Assembly: GCA_964016885.1 (NCBI GenBank)
Contig: OZ024744.1
Coordinates: 108,376,001-108,440,000, forward strand
Source of the DNA: Eledone cirrhosa
Lineage: Eukaryota
Direction: 5' to 3'
Length of the DNA stretch: 64,000 bases
Shown: piece after piece, positions 14,501 through 28,258 of the stretch
Layout: every line of letters starts with the position of its first letter
Numbering within the stretch: the stretch's first letter is position 1
The notes under the pieces: model-generated
The model's input: only the letters and a program-made list of their open reading frames with translations
Databases searched by the model: none
Told to the model about the DNA's origin: nothing
Position numbers and translations under genes: made by a program

Positions 14501-17500
14501 TGTTAGTCCATATCTGTGTATATATGTGTGTGTTACTCCATATCTGTGTATATGTGTGTGTTAGTCCATATCTGTATATATGTGTGTGTTAGTCCATATC
14601 TGTGTATATATGTGTGTGTTACTCCATATCTGTGTATGTGTGTGTGTTAGTCCATATCTGTATATATGTTTGTGTTAGTCCATATCTGTGTATATATGTG
14701 TGTGTTAGTCCATATCTGTGTATATGTGTGTGTTAGTCCATATCTGTGTATATGTGTGTGTTAGTCCATATCTGTGTGTATGTGTGTGTTATTCCATATC
14801 TGTGTATATGTGTGTGTTAGTCCATATCTGTGTTTATATGTGTGTGTTAGTCCATATCTGTGTTTATGTGTGTTAGTCCATATCTGTGTATATGTATGTG
14901 TTAGTCCATATCTGTGTTTATATATGTGTGTGTTAGTCCATATCTGTGTTTATGTGTGTGTTAGTCCATATCTGTGTATATATGTGTGTGTTAGTCCATA
15001 TCTGTGTATATATGTGTGTTTGTCCATATCTGTGTATATATGTGTGTGTTTGTCGATATCTGTGTTTATGTGTGTGTTAGTCCATATCTGTGTTTATGTG
15101 TGTGTTAGTCCATATCTGTGTTTATGTGTGTGTTAGTCCATATCTGTGTATATGTGTGTGTGTTAGTACATATCTGTGTATATGTGTGTGTGTTAGTACA
15201 TATCTGTGTTTATGTGTGTGTGTTAGTCCATATCTGTGTTTATGTGTGTGTGTTAGTCCATATCTGTGTATACATGTGTGTGTTAGTCCATATCTGTGTA
15301 TATATGTGTGTGTTTGTCCATATCTGTGTATATATGTGTGTGTTATTCCATATCTATGTATATGTATGTGTGCTAGTCTATATCTGTGTTTATATGTGTG
15401 TTAGTCTATATCTGTGTATATGTGTGTGTTAGTCCATATCTGTGTGTATGTGTGTGTTATTCCATATCTGTGTATATGTGTGTGTTAGTCCATATCTGTG
15501 TATATGTGTGTGTTAGTCCATATCTGTGTATATGTGTGTGTTATTCCATATCTGTGTTTATATGTGTGTGTTAGTCCATATCTGTGTTTATGTGTGTTAG
15601 TCCATATCTGTGTATATGTACGTGTTAGTCCATATCTGTGTTTATATATGTGTGTGTTAGTCCATATCTGTGTTTATGTGTGTGTTAGTCCATATCTGTG
15701 TATATATGTGTGTGTTAGTCCATATCTGTGTATATATGTGTGTTTGTCCATATCTGTGTATATATGTGTGTGTTTGTCGATATCTGTGTTTATGTGTGTG
15801 TTAGTCCATATCTGTGTTTATGTGTGTGTTAGTCCATATCTGTGTTTATGTGTGTGTTAGTCCATATCTGTGTATATGTGTGTGTGTTAGTACATATCTG
15901 TGTATATATGTGTGTGTTAGTCCATATCTGTATATATGTGTGTGTTAGTCCATATCTGTGTATATATGTGTGTGTTAGTCCATATCTGTGTATATGTGTG
16001 TGTTAGTCCATATCTGTGTTTATGTGTGTGTGTTAGTCCATATCTGTGTATATATGTGTGTGTTAGTCCATATCTGTGTGTATGTGTGTGTTAGTCCATA
16101 TCTGTGTATATGTGTGTGTTAGTCCATATCTGTGTTTATGTGTGTGTGTTAGTCCATATCTGTGTATATGTGTGTGTTAGTCCATATCTGTGTGTATATG
16201 TGTGTGTTATTCCATATCTGTGTTTATATGTGTGTTAGTCCATATCTGTGTATATATGTGTGTGTTACTCCATATCTGTGTTTATGTGTGTGTTAGTCCA
16301 TATCTGTGTATATATGTGTGTGTTAGTCCATATCTGTGTTTATGTGTGTGTTAGTCCATATCTGTGTGTATATGTGTGTGTTATTCCATATCTGTGTTTA
16401 TGTGTGTGTTAGTCCATATCTGTGTATATATGTGTGTGTTAGTCCATATCTGTATATATGTGTGTGTTAGTCCATATCTCTGTATATGTGTGTTAGTCCA
16501 TATCTGTATATATGTGTGTGTTAGTCCATATCTGTGTATATGTGTGTGTTAGTCCATATCTGTGTGTATGTGTGTGTTAGTCCATATCCTTGTATGTGTA
16601 TGTTACTCCATATCTGTGTATATGTGTGTGTTAGTCCATATCTGTGTATATATGTGTGTGTTAGTCCATATCTGTGTATATATGTGTGTGTTACTCCATA
16701 TCTGTGTATATGTGTGTGTTAGTCCATATCTGTATATATGTGTGTGTTAGTCCATATCTGTGTATATATGTGTGTGTTACTCCATATCTGTGTATGTGTA
16801 TGTGTTAGTCCATATCTGTATATATGTTTGTGTTAGTCCATATCTGTGTATATATGTGTGTGTTAGTCCATATCTGTGTATATGTGTGTGTTAGTCCATA
16901 TCTGTGTATATGTGTGTGTTAGTCCATATCTGTGTGTATGTGTGTGTTATTCCATATCTGTGTATATGTGTGTGTTAGTCCATATCTGTTTATATGTGTG
17001 TGTTATTCCATATCTGTGTTTATATGTGTGTGTTAGTCCATATCTGTGTTTATGTGTGTTAGTCCATATCTGTGTATATGTATGTGTTAGTCCATATCTG
17101 TGTTTATATATGTGTGTGTTAGTCCATATCTGTGTTTATGTGTGTGTTAGTCCATATCTGTGTATATATGTGTGTGTTAGTCCATATCTGTGTATATATG
17201 TGTGTTTGTCCATATCTGTGTATATATGTGTGTGTTTGTCGATATCTGTGTTTATGTGTGTGTTAGTCCATATCTGTGTTTATGTGTGTGTTAGTCCATA
17301 TCTGTGTTTATGTGTGTGTTAGTCCATATCTGTGTATATGTGTGTGTGTTAGTACATATCTGTGTATATGTGTGTGTGTTAGTACATATCTGTGTTTATG
17401 TGTGTGTGTTAGTCCATATCTGTGTTTATGTGTGTGTGTTAGTCCATATCTGTGTATACATGTGTGTGTTAGTCCATATCTGTGTATATATGTGTGTGTT

Positions 17501-19055
17501 TGTCCATATCTGTGTATATATGTGTGTGTTATTCCATATCTATGTATATGTATGTGTGCTAGTCTATATCTGTGTTTATATGTGTGTTAGTCTATATCTG
17601 TGTATATGTGTGTGTTAGTCCATATCTGTGTGTATGTGTGTGTTATTCCATATCTGTGTATATGTGTGTGTTAGTCCATATCTGTGTATATGTGTGTGTT
17701 AGTCCATATCTGTGTATATGTGTGTGTTATTCCATATCTGTGTTTATATGTGTGTGTTAGTCCATATCTGTGTTTATGTGTGTTAGTCCATATCTGTGTA
17801 TATGTATGTGTTAGTCCATATCTGTGTTTATATATGTGTGTGTTAGTCCATATCTGTGTTTATGTGTGTGTTAGTCCATATCTGTGTATATATGTGTGTG
17901 TTAGTCCATATCTGTGTATATATGTGTGTTTGTCCATATCTGTGTATATATGTGTGTGTTTGTCGATATCTGTGTTTATGTGTGTGTTAGTCCATATCTG
18001 TGTTTATGTGTGTGTTAGTCCATATCTGTGTTTATGTGTGTGTTAGTCCATATCTGTGTATATGTGTGTGTGTTAGTACATATCTGTGTATATGTGTGTG
18101 TGTTAGTACATATCTGTGTTTATGTGTGTGTGTTAGTCCATATCTGTGTTTATGTGTGTGTGTTAGTCCATATCTGTGTATACATGTGTGTGTTAGTCCA
18201 TATCTGTGTATATATGTGTGTGTTTGTCCATATCTGTGTATATATGTGTGTGTTATTCCATATCTGTGTATATGTATGTGTGCTAGTCTATATCTGTGTT
18301 TATATGTGTGTTAGTCCATATCTGTGTATATATATGTGTGTTAGTCCATATCTGTGTATATGTGTGTGTTAGTCCATATCTATGTTTATGTGTGTGTTAG
18401 TCCATATCTGTGTATATATGTGTGTGTTAGTCCATATCTGTGTATATATGTGTGTGTTAGTCCATATCTGTGTATATATGTGTGTTAGTACATATCTGTG
18501 TTTATGTGTGTGTTAGTCCATATCTGTGTTTATGTGCGTTAGTCCATATCTGTGTTTATGTGTGTGTGTTAGTCCATATCTGTGTTTATGTGTGTGTTAG
18601 TCCATATCTGTGTTTATGTGTGTTAGTCTATATCTGTGTATATGTGTGTGTGTTAGTCCATATCTGTGTATATGTGTGTGTGTTAGTCCATATCTGTGTA
18701 TATATGTGTGTGTTAGTCCATATCTGTGTTTATATGTGTGTGTTAGTCCATATTTGTGTATATATGTGTGTGTTAGTCCATATCTGTGTTTATATGTGTG
18801 TGTTAGTCCATATTTGTGTTTATGTGTGTGTCAGTCCATATCTGTGTTTATATGTGTGTGTGTTAGTCCATATCTGTGTTTATGTGTGTGTGTTAGTCCA
18901 TATCTGTGTTTATGTGTGTGTCAGTACATATCTGTGTTTATATGTGTGTGTTAGTCCATATCTGTGTATATGTGTGTGTGTTAGTCCATATCTGTGTATA
19001 TGTGTGTGTGTTAGGCCATATCTGTGTTTATATGTGTGTGTTAGTCCATATCTGC
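2512..19055. repeat. Satellite array, monomer mostly 26-32 bp (consensus GTTAGTCCATATCTGTGT(A/T)TATATGTGTGT), roughly 570 copies, with higher-order structure
   Basis: Continuous tandem repetition of core TTAGTCCATATCTG separated by variable (TA)/(TG) dinucleotide spacers; copy number estimated as length divided by ~29. Confidence 0.98.
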
Positions 19056-19329
19056 GTTTTTGATTGTGTTTCACAATGTAGTAGCTCCTCAAATAGATAT
19101 CGACAAAACAATAAATTGAAATACGTGCTGCTACCGATATGATCGATAAAAGTATCAGACCTTTATGAACGCCGTCCCGTTGAAGGACTCAAACTAAATC
19201 AGTCAAAGATTTGATTCAATTTTTTTGTTATTGTAAATTTGTTTTGTTAGGTTTTATGTGTGTGGAACTAAAAAAGGTTACGGCCCCTCACCACCATTAA
19301 ATATGAACAGCAGCACGCCATTAGAAAAA

Positions 19330-20135
<806 letters not shown>

Positions 20136-20281
20136 GTGTGGAAGGGAACGTTTGATACTCGGAGTGTGCTCTCCTTCTGCACCAACACACGTATTTACTT
20201 TCCTACACACATTTTATGTGTAGATATATTTTTAAAGGAATAACTTTTTATTTACGATTAATTTATGAAAATGTTCTAAAG

Positions 20282-20285
<4 letters not shown>

Positions 20286-20328
<43 letters not shown>

Positions 20329-20377
20329 GAGAGAGAGATATCTCTATATATATATATATAGAGAGAGAGAGAGCGAA

Positions 20378-20408
<31 letters not shown>

Positions 20409-20438
20409 TGCTGGAAGATAAAGAAATGAAAGAGTGAT

Positions 20439-20495
<57 letters not shown>

Positions 20496-20597
20496 GAGAG
20501 AGAGAGAGAGAGGGAGGGAGAGAGAGAGAGAGGGAGAGAGAGAGAGAGAGAGAGAGATAGAGAGAGATGGTGGAAGATAAAGAAATGAAAGAGTGAT

Positions 20598-20679
<82 letters not shown>

Positions 20680-20706
20680 TGGAAGATAAAGAAATGAAAG
20701 AGTGAT

Positions 20707-20738
<32 letters not shown>

Positions 20739-20758
20739 TGAGTGATAGATAGTGAGAG
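20286..20758. repeat. (GA)n microsatellite with three copies of an embedded ~35 bp island
   Basis: TGGAAGATAAAGAAATGAAAGAGTGATAGATAGTG recurs at ~20412, ~20571 and ~20680 between (GA)n runs. Confidence 0.9.
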
Positions 20759-20766
20759 CATTCATG

Positions 20767-20815
<49 letters not shown>
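20767..20815. repeat. (CAA)n microsatellite
   Basis: Directly visible. Confidence 0.95.
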
Positions 20816-20849
20816 CTGCAACGTCTAATAAGGACAGGGATGTCATAAT

Positions 20850-21038
20850 TGTTTCTACGTTAGGCACAAGGCCAGCAAATACCCCCAGTGCATTACTGGT
20901 ACTTTATTTTATCGACCCCCGTAAGGATGAAAGGAAAAGTTAACCTCGGCTGGATTTCAACTCAGAATGGCAAGGGCAGTAACTCTATGCGTCAAAGCAT
21001 GGCGTCCGACCCTCTACCGATTCTGCCAATCCACCGCC
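20850..21038 (-). mobile_element. tRNA-derived SINE family 1, full length, with target-site duplication
   Basis: Reverse strand GGCGGTGGATTGGCAGAATCGG (A box) ... GAGTTGAAATCC (B box); TSD AGGGATGTCATAAT at 20836 and 21039; about ten related copies in window. Confidence 0.9.
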
Positions 21039-21425
21039 AGGGATGTCATAATGTTAAAAAGTTAGCATTTCGTTAGTGTATTCCTGTCATGCTGGATAAG
21101 AGATAGTAAAAGTGTGTGTGTGTGTGTGCGTGTGTGTGTGCGCGCGAGCGTGTATGTGTGTCTGTGTATGTGTTTGCTGGTGCATGTGGTTTCACCTCTT
21201 TATGGAAAGGGGATGGTAAGAGTGTGTCTGAGAGAGATGAGGAAAAGGAGAGCGACGTTGAGGGTGGGTGGATGCTGGCAGCAAGGCCGAAATCCCATGT
21301 TTATAACTCGTATAGAAAGGGAATGGGTGTATGTGTGCATACGCATGCGTACCAGTGTGTGAGTGCGCGCACGAGAGAGAGAGAGGTGAGGAATTTTATG
21401 AAAAAATATTGTTTATCCTCAAATT

Positions 21426-22680
21426 ATAGAAGGTTTGACAGAAAGTTCTTACCGTTTTTCAAATTTTATTTACTTTGGTATATTTTAACAGGAAAATTTT
21501 ACAAGTCAAAATAATTGCCATCATTTATGATTACCGTCTGCCATCGTTTAGGAAGGCACAAGATTCCATCTCTGTAGAATTCTTCCGACTTCGATGTAAA
21601 GAATTTTGTTGGCCATTGATTTAACTGGTCTTCACTTGTGATTGTTGATTGAGAGAAAAAGGTGAAAGTCTGTAGGCATGAGGTTGGGCAAATACGGTGG
21701 GTGGGGTAGAACCTCCCAACCTAGCTCCAGCAGCTTCTCACGGGTGATCCTTGATGTACGTGGCTGAGCATTATCCTTAAGGAATCAAACAGGACCTTGG
21801 TGAGGGCGCACCTGTGTTATATTTCACTGGTAATCTGTCAAGTTGTTGGCAATAGACATGAGAGGTTATGCTGGTATTTGATGGGGGCAGCTTGTAGTAG
21901 ATGGCACCTTTCCAATCCTATCAGATGCTCAGTACGGCCTTGAAAGGGTGAAGGTTAGTCTTTGCAGTTGTGACACATTCTCTTTATCAACCCACTAGTG
22001 CTCGACATTAATGTAGAGACACCATGTTTCATCAGCAGTGTCAATGGAATGTAACCAGATGGTTGTGTGATGGTAGCAAAGTAATCACAGCTCCCGCTAG
22101 ACATTTACAATTATAGTCAGACAGATTGTGAGATGCCCACTGCTCCAGCTTGGACACCTTCTCTACTGTATACAAGTGATTGAGGAAGATGTCACAGATA
22201 TGTGTGATGAAAGAACTTTGAGAAACTATATATTTTTAACTGTTGGTCAGTCAATGATAAACATTGATTGCCAGCTAAATTATTGTGAGATTCCCACTGC
22301 TCCAGCTTGGACACCTTCTCTATTGTATACAAGTGATTGAGGAAGATGTCACAGATATGTGTGATGAAAGAACTTTAAGAAACTATATATTTTTAACTGT
22401 TGGTCAGTCAATGATAAACATTGATTGCCAGCTAAATTATTGTGAGATTCCCACTGCTCCAGCTTGGACACCTTCTCTATTGTATACAAGTGATTGAGGA
22501 AGATTGTTTTCAATGTCCCAAGCAGTTCAGAGAGTTGATGTGATATCTGGCATGGGTTGACTTCCACCAGCTCATGCAGTTGTTTGTCCTTGACGGCAGA
22601 TGGACATCTTGTGTGAGGTCAATCTTCAAGGCTGTATTCCCCAGAAAGAGTGCGAACCAGTCACATATTGTCATTAGAGA
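21426..22680 (-). mobile_element. Mariner-family DNA transposon relic
   Basis: Reverse translation gives SLED*PH, VSKLEQWASH (WVPH-like), DTADETWCLY (first catalytic Asp), LGWEVLPHPPYLPNLMPTDFHLF (YSPDLAP region), FYRDGILCLPKRWQ..DGNYFD; TIR-like TAGAAGGTTTGACAGAAAGTTCTTACCGTTTTT at ~21427. Confidence 0.85.
22125..22504. repeat. 157 bp tandem duplication (~2.4 copies) inside the mariner relic
   Basis: TGTGAGAT(G/T)CCCACTGCTCCAGCTTGGACACC at 22127, 22284, 22441; near-identical ORFs 22128 and 22285. Confidence 0.95.
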
Positions 22681-22914
22681 GAACTCTCAGAGAAAACTAG
22701 ATTATATATAGATGAGTTAAGCAAAAAAGAAATTCCGGAAAGATACGAATGCAGTCGAAATATCAATAAATATATAATTGCTTTCTTGCCTGTAAACTAG
22801 TTTACAAAAATTCTAAACTCTTCGAAATTATAAGTAATAATTTTATTTTAAATCAATTTACAGAAATTGATTTTTATATTTATCGATGACAGAAATATAC
22901 ATTTCGCAAATGAA

Positions 22915-23110
22915 AGTGGCGTGGCTTAGTGGTTAGGGTTGTTGGTTTATCATCTTAAAGTCGTGTGTGCAATTCCTGGCAATGCGTTGTGTCATTGAGC
23001 AAGACACTTAATTTTACGTTATTCCAATCCACTCAACTGGCAAAAATGAGTTGTAACTGTAATTTAAAAGGCCAGCCTTGTCACTGACTGTGTCACACTG
23101 ATTTACATTA
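22915..23110 (+). mobile_element. tRNA-derived SINE family 2 (CORE-like central domain), degenerate
   Basis: GTGGCTTAGTGGTTAGGG A box, degenerate B box, TGTGTCATTGAGCAAGACACTTAA; homologous to 39161-39445. Confidence 0.7.
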
Positions 23111-23554
23111 ATTTCACAAGCTATTCTGTTGTTCGAACAACGGGAACACTCGTCATCAGAATAAACGGGGCTCCAATAACAACATATCTCCAGCATATTT
23201 TCAGTATTTTAATAGAGGGCGCCATAAACATAAAAATAAATGCTTTGAGAGATAGTTCATTGGAGTATAAAAATGGTTAATACAGAAATGCATTTGGTCT
23301 GAGAGAAGTAGCTCTATCAGGAAGCATTTTAAATGCTTCCACCACCTTCGAGAGAGCAACATGAGAGTTGAAAACGACTCGTTCTTCTTTGCCAGTCTGT
23401 TGAACAGTTGAAAATATATATTTTCTTAAGTACACATCGGCTGAGTAGCCTCATTTGCATACGGAGCGAGTTACGCCTGGCTCTGCCGAAAATTAAAAAT
23501 AAAATTAGAATTTTGTTTCTCGCCCTAGCACAGCTGATACATAAATGTAAGTAT

Positions 23555-23640
<86 letters not shown>

Positions 23641-23645
23641 TTATT

Positions 23646-23833
23646 ATAATATTCGATTCGTTTGTTAACAGATCAACAGATTGGCAGAGGTATACAGTCC
23701 CGATGAAGGGTAATGACCAGTAAACATGTTGATTGTTCCTCAAAGCCAGTGTTGAACAAACAGGTGACGATTTGTCACGGACACGGCACGGCTTCAAATC
23801 GCGCTGTTTGTTTACAAATGAATCGAATGTTAT
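23646..23833 (+). mobile_element. ~190 bp element with 25 bp inverted ends and degenerate hammerhead motif (PLE pLTR-like)
   Basis: ATAATATTCGATTCGTTTGTTAACA (23646-70) vs reverse complement of 23809-33 (22/25 match); internal ACAGTC-CCGATGA-AGGGTAATGACC-AGTAAAC-ATGTT-GATTGT; homologous to 50467-50650. Confidence 0.6.
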
Positions 23834-23885
23834 TATTAATCTTCGATATAACCCATGCGTACATATGTATATGCATGTATATGTT

Positions 23886-23941
<56 letters not shown>

Positions 23942-24554
23942 GTCAGGCCACTCTTGAGTGCTACTGGTATCATGTAACCCAGTACAACCTGTCACATGGT
24001 CTGGTCGTCGGTGACTAACCCGGCAACCTCACCAAGTTTACTTGGTGAGGAGAGTGATTTTGGACACCCTGCAGGACAAATAACAAAACCTGACAAAGGG
24101 GTGAAGAACTCATAAGAGTCAACGGCCATCCAAAAGTTTGTACATATGTATATACACATGTACATATGTATGTATATGTGTATATACATGGTTGCATGTG
24201 TATGTATATGCGCGGGGACATAGAAAAAGTCGGGCTGCACACCCGATCGCGCGGTTAAACCACTGGGAGTGAAGAACCCCTAGCCCTTGTCAGGGTATTC
24301 TTCTAGGAAAAGGCAACTCAGGAAACTGGGATAACTCCGATATAAAACCTGCTGCTCAGTAGTTACCGATGATGTCGATCTTTTCCCCTTTTCGGTTTAT
24401 AGCTACTGTCGCTCAGAGAGTGGGATTAGCTCAGTGCACAGTCTTTCCTCACTTTAAAAAATATCTTCACGCACAGGCATTGGACAATAGAATTAATTAA
24501 TAATTATTAATAATGGTATAACGTGCAATGGCCATACTCGATAACGAGGGGGCA

Positions 24555-24560
<6 letters not shown>
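23942..24560 (+). mobile_element. Short non-autonomous RTE-related element, copy 1, inserted in (TA)n
   Basis: Shares 5' block (CATGTAACCCAGTACAACC...CCTGCAGGAC...GCCATCCAAAA) with copies at 51655 and 56291 and 3' end TGGCCATACTCGATAACGAG..GGCAGCCATCAT with the 56291 copy. Confidence 0.7.
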
Positions 24561-24636
<76 letters not shown>

Positions 24637-25379
24637 GTATGTATATATATGGGGGGGGGGGTATGTGTGTGCGTGTGTGTGTGCGAGCGTGCATGCGTGT
24701 GCGTGTATGTGTGTGTATGCATATTTACATATATATATATATATAATTAGAAGACGAAGTTAGTCAAATAGAGTGGACAGAGCTTCGGCAGTTTCCTCAT
24801 TCCCTCTATGGGAAACTAAGTCCGTACTATCAAAATACGAACCCAGCTAGTCAGAGTGTACACTTTCGTTAAACAGAGAGGAGGGAAACGACTTTGTGTG
24901 GGTAAGATGATATGGTACCTGGACTGCTACAATAGTTTCCACGGCCCTGAACTGCTGGTCGTGCACCGAAAAGTGCAGTCATGTGCAGAATATTAGGTAT
25001 GATAGTACACATAACGTAATTTGGCATAGGACTGTTTCGTTAGCAGGAGGTTACCTCCTTTTTTTTTAGGAAAGACGCAAAATGGCGTGCTAAATTCCTT
25101 CAGTTGCTAGTGGCAAGTGATGGTAGCAGTAAACTCCTTAGTGGCTTGGGATGTCACATCAGAGAGGAAGTAAGACAGAACTGACCAAACAGGGAATCAC
25201 GTGGGCAAATTAAATTCACATTGAAAGAATATGATTATTGCCGCAAGCACTCAACCAGTGTGCTTTCAAATAGAAAACAATAGAAAACAAATAGAAAAAC
25301 AGAATTAATATAGAAATGGCTTCTACAGGACTAGAATTGTTATATTCGAAAGAAATCATCAGGCTTTCCTGTAGGGATA

Positions 25380-26915
25380 TAGATAACACTAGCATAGAAT
25401 GTCCACTTTTCAAGATGGTCACCTTCACCGACCACAAATTTCTGATCTGGGTGGTCTACCTAGATAGGTTACATAGACAGGGACCCGGCTTCTGGAAGCT
25501 AAACGCATCACTCCCGGCGCGTAAAGACTACAGAGACCGGATTAGTGAATTAGTTAAGCGGGAGTTGACAGAGGCAATCGTCAATAACAAATGGTGGTTC
25601 GCCTTGAAAAGGGTGATTAAAGGAGAATCCGTTAAGGTTTAGCAAGGCTATAGTGATAGAAAAGTATAGACACGAGGGAGAACAAGAGGGAGAAAATTAG
25701 ACGAGGCGCTTATTAAAGGCATCGCAACCGACGTGCTTGCGGCGAGATTGACCCTCAATCAATTCTTCAACGCTAAGCATAAAGGCTGCGTTGTCAGAGC
25801 TAGGGCGCATGCTCTCAGACATGTTCAATGGGCCCGTGTGGCAACAAAGCCATGATCCGGTCTTTGGAGGACCACGACGGGCGCGTGTTGGTTAATTTCG
25901 AACAGATGTGTACGGCTTTTTAGCAGCACATCCCTCAACTCTTCACAAACTGGATTTTAGTCCCTGCTTCGACTGCCTGCCGCGACTCCAAACGACGGAG
26001 GCGAAGTGCTGTGAAGGGCCGACAACTCCTGCTGAGATACACAAGACAATGACTAGCTGCAAGAGGGGTAAATCGCCTGGTTTGGATGGTCTGTTCTACG
26101 AACTTTACGTACATATGCCAGACTTGTTCGGCGACCTCTTGGCTGACGTCTATTGCAACTGGCAGTAGAATGGGAGAATTCCCAGGTTTGTGAGCCGAGG
26201 AGCGGTGGCACTGCTGAGAAAGGACCCGATAAAGGGAGATAACGGAGATAATTTCAGGCCCATGACGCTGATAAACGCAGAGTTCAAGATTTTATCAAAG
26301 GCATTGGTCCTTGTCGTCGGAAGTCTTGTAGGAGAGGCGCAGACATGCACCATTCCCAAGAGATCAACCTCATTCGATACATCGTGGAGAGGGTAGCTAA
26401 GGAACCTGATACGGGTGTTACCCTGATCAATTTGAGTCAATCGGAAGCTTTCGATAGTGTCGACAGTCAATACCTGGTGGCCGGCTTGGGCCCATTTTCA
26501 GAGGGTGGGATGCTGCCTTTCACAGCGACATCTGCTCTATGGTGAGAGTGAAAGGAAAATCAGGGTGGAGAGAGAAGTGCTGCCTTCCAGCCAGTTTGTT
26601 AAAAGGTGGGTGAGAGAAACAAGAATAGTCAGAGTGAATGGGCCTACCCTGAGCGTGTGCCTGTAGCATCGTAGGAGGAAAACTGGAAGACGGTACTTGC
26701 CCTAGCGGTCAGGGTAACCGTGGCTTTTTTTGTGGGTTTTCTCCACAAGTGATCCTCGGAAGTCTCCCCCCCCCCCTATTGAGGAATTTTTCCTTGTTTC
26801 TTTTTTTGTTACATCCTCTGTTTTTGTTCCTTACACGCAGAAATGCCAATTTGTACCGTCCTGTGCTGTTCTTAATGTTATACTTTATGTCGACCCTTCT
26901 TCTTATTATTATTAT
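25380..26915 (+). mobile_element. Tx1-like LINE fragment, 5'-truncated and internally deleted
   Basis: FTDHK, GPGFWKLNAS, KSPGLDGL, NFRPMTLINAEFKIL, then jump to the ORF2 C-terminus KIRVEREVL and 3' UTR. Confidence 0.9.
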
Positions 26916-26917
26916 AT

Positions 26918-27033
26918 GATCTGAGTTCAAATCCCGCCGAGGTTAACTTTGCCTTTCATCCTTACGGGGTCGATAAAATAAAGTACCAGTAATACACTGG
27001 GTAATTGCTGGCCTTGTGCCTAACGTAGAAACA

Positions 27034-27072
<39 letters not shown>
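26918..27072 (+). mobile_element. SINE family 1, 5'-truncated, (ATT)n tail
   Basis: GAGTTCAAATCCCGCCGAGGTTAACTTTGCCTTTCATCC...GTAGAAACAATTATT. Confidence 0.9.
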
Positions 27073-27690
27073 TAAAAAATCAATACTATTACGAAGAGTA
27101 ACAAAATAAGGTTCAATGAAAATAACGATTTCTTGTATTTATCACTCTTGAAAGGATATTATAAACGGTGGACTTTTATGCAGAATCCATTATGTAGAAA
27201 CCCGGGAACGGAAGGCAAAATACATGTCATGAGGAGACCATACAGAATTGTAGAGATAATTGTACAATATACACGAAGCCATGATCATTTTGCTACTGAA
27301 AACAAATGTTGTATTTACTCTGCGTTGAAAAGCCTACACGTGGATACACAGTGAAGGTACATTCATCTGAAATATTCTCGAATAACAGTTTCTAAATAAA
27401 CTTAAAAAGAGCATTTATTTCTCTCGTCTCATCCTCCCATCTGGAATGAAATTCAATATGGTGAGTTTGTCAATACAATCTTAAAATCTGTGGTTTTGCT
27501 GCACCCCACGATGCCTGTATGATCATCAGTAGCCATTTCATACATATTCCACTACGCGGAGGATATTGGCTGAAGGTTGAGTCATTGTGTTGTAGAATAC
27601 ATTTGGTTTACAAGAATGGAATAAATCGATATTTCAGTCTGTTCAAACAAATTCTGTCACGAATAGAAGAGCTAGAGGTCAATAAATAAT

Positions 27691-27872
27691 TGTTTCTACT
27701 TTAGGCACAAGGCCAGCAATTACCTCAGTGCATTACTGGTACTTTATTTTATCGACCCCCGTATGGATGAAAGGCAAAGTTCACCTCGGCGGGATTTGAA
27801 CTCAGAATGGCAAGGGCCGCAACTCTATGCGTCAAAGCATGGCGTCCGACCCTCTACCGTTACTGCCAATCC
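27691..27872 (-). mobile_element. SINE family 1 with 15 bp TSD
   Basis: TSD AGGTCAATAAATAAT at 27676-27690 and 27873-27887. Confidence 0.9.
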
Positions 27873-27937
27873 AGGTCAATAAATAATGCCGGTGTATTCT
27901 TTTGAAATTGCTATACGATATTCGGGGGTCAATTTGC

Positions 27938-28258
27938 TCCGAGGTTGACTTTGCTTTTCATCCTTACGGGGTCGATAAAATAAAGTACCAGTAATGTACT
28001 GGATAATTGCTGGCCTTGTGCCAAAAGTAGAAACAATTATTATTATTATTATTATTGGTGGATTGGCAGTATCGGTAGAGGTCGGACGCCATGTTTTCCA
28101 GCATAGTTACGTCCCTTTACGATCTGAGTTCAAATCTCGCCGAGGTTGACTTTGCCTTTCATCCTTACGGGGGTACGATAAAATAAAGTACCAGTAAATG
28201 CACTGGGTAATTGCTGGCCTTGTGTCTAAAAGTAGAAACAATTATTATTATTATTATT
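27938..28258 (+). mobile_element. Two head-to-tail SINE family 1 copies joined through an (ATT)n tail
   Basis: 3' half copy 27938-28056, near-full copy 28057-28258, each ending GTAGAAACAATTATTATT. Confidence 0.9.

Noticed and set aside
2512-19055. CRISPR-like or telomeric array
   Set aside because: Spacers are only TA/TG dinucleotide variants, no cas genes, eukaryotic context; no (TTAGGG)n.
2551-19142. Dozens of Cys/Val/Tyr-rich ORFs (MCVLVHICVY...)
   Set aside because: Translation artefacts of the satellite; frames open and close with monomer length.
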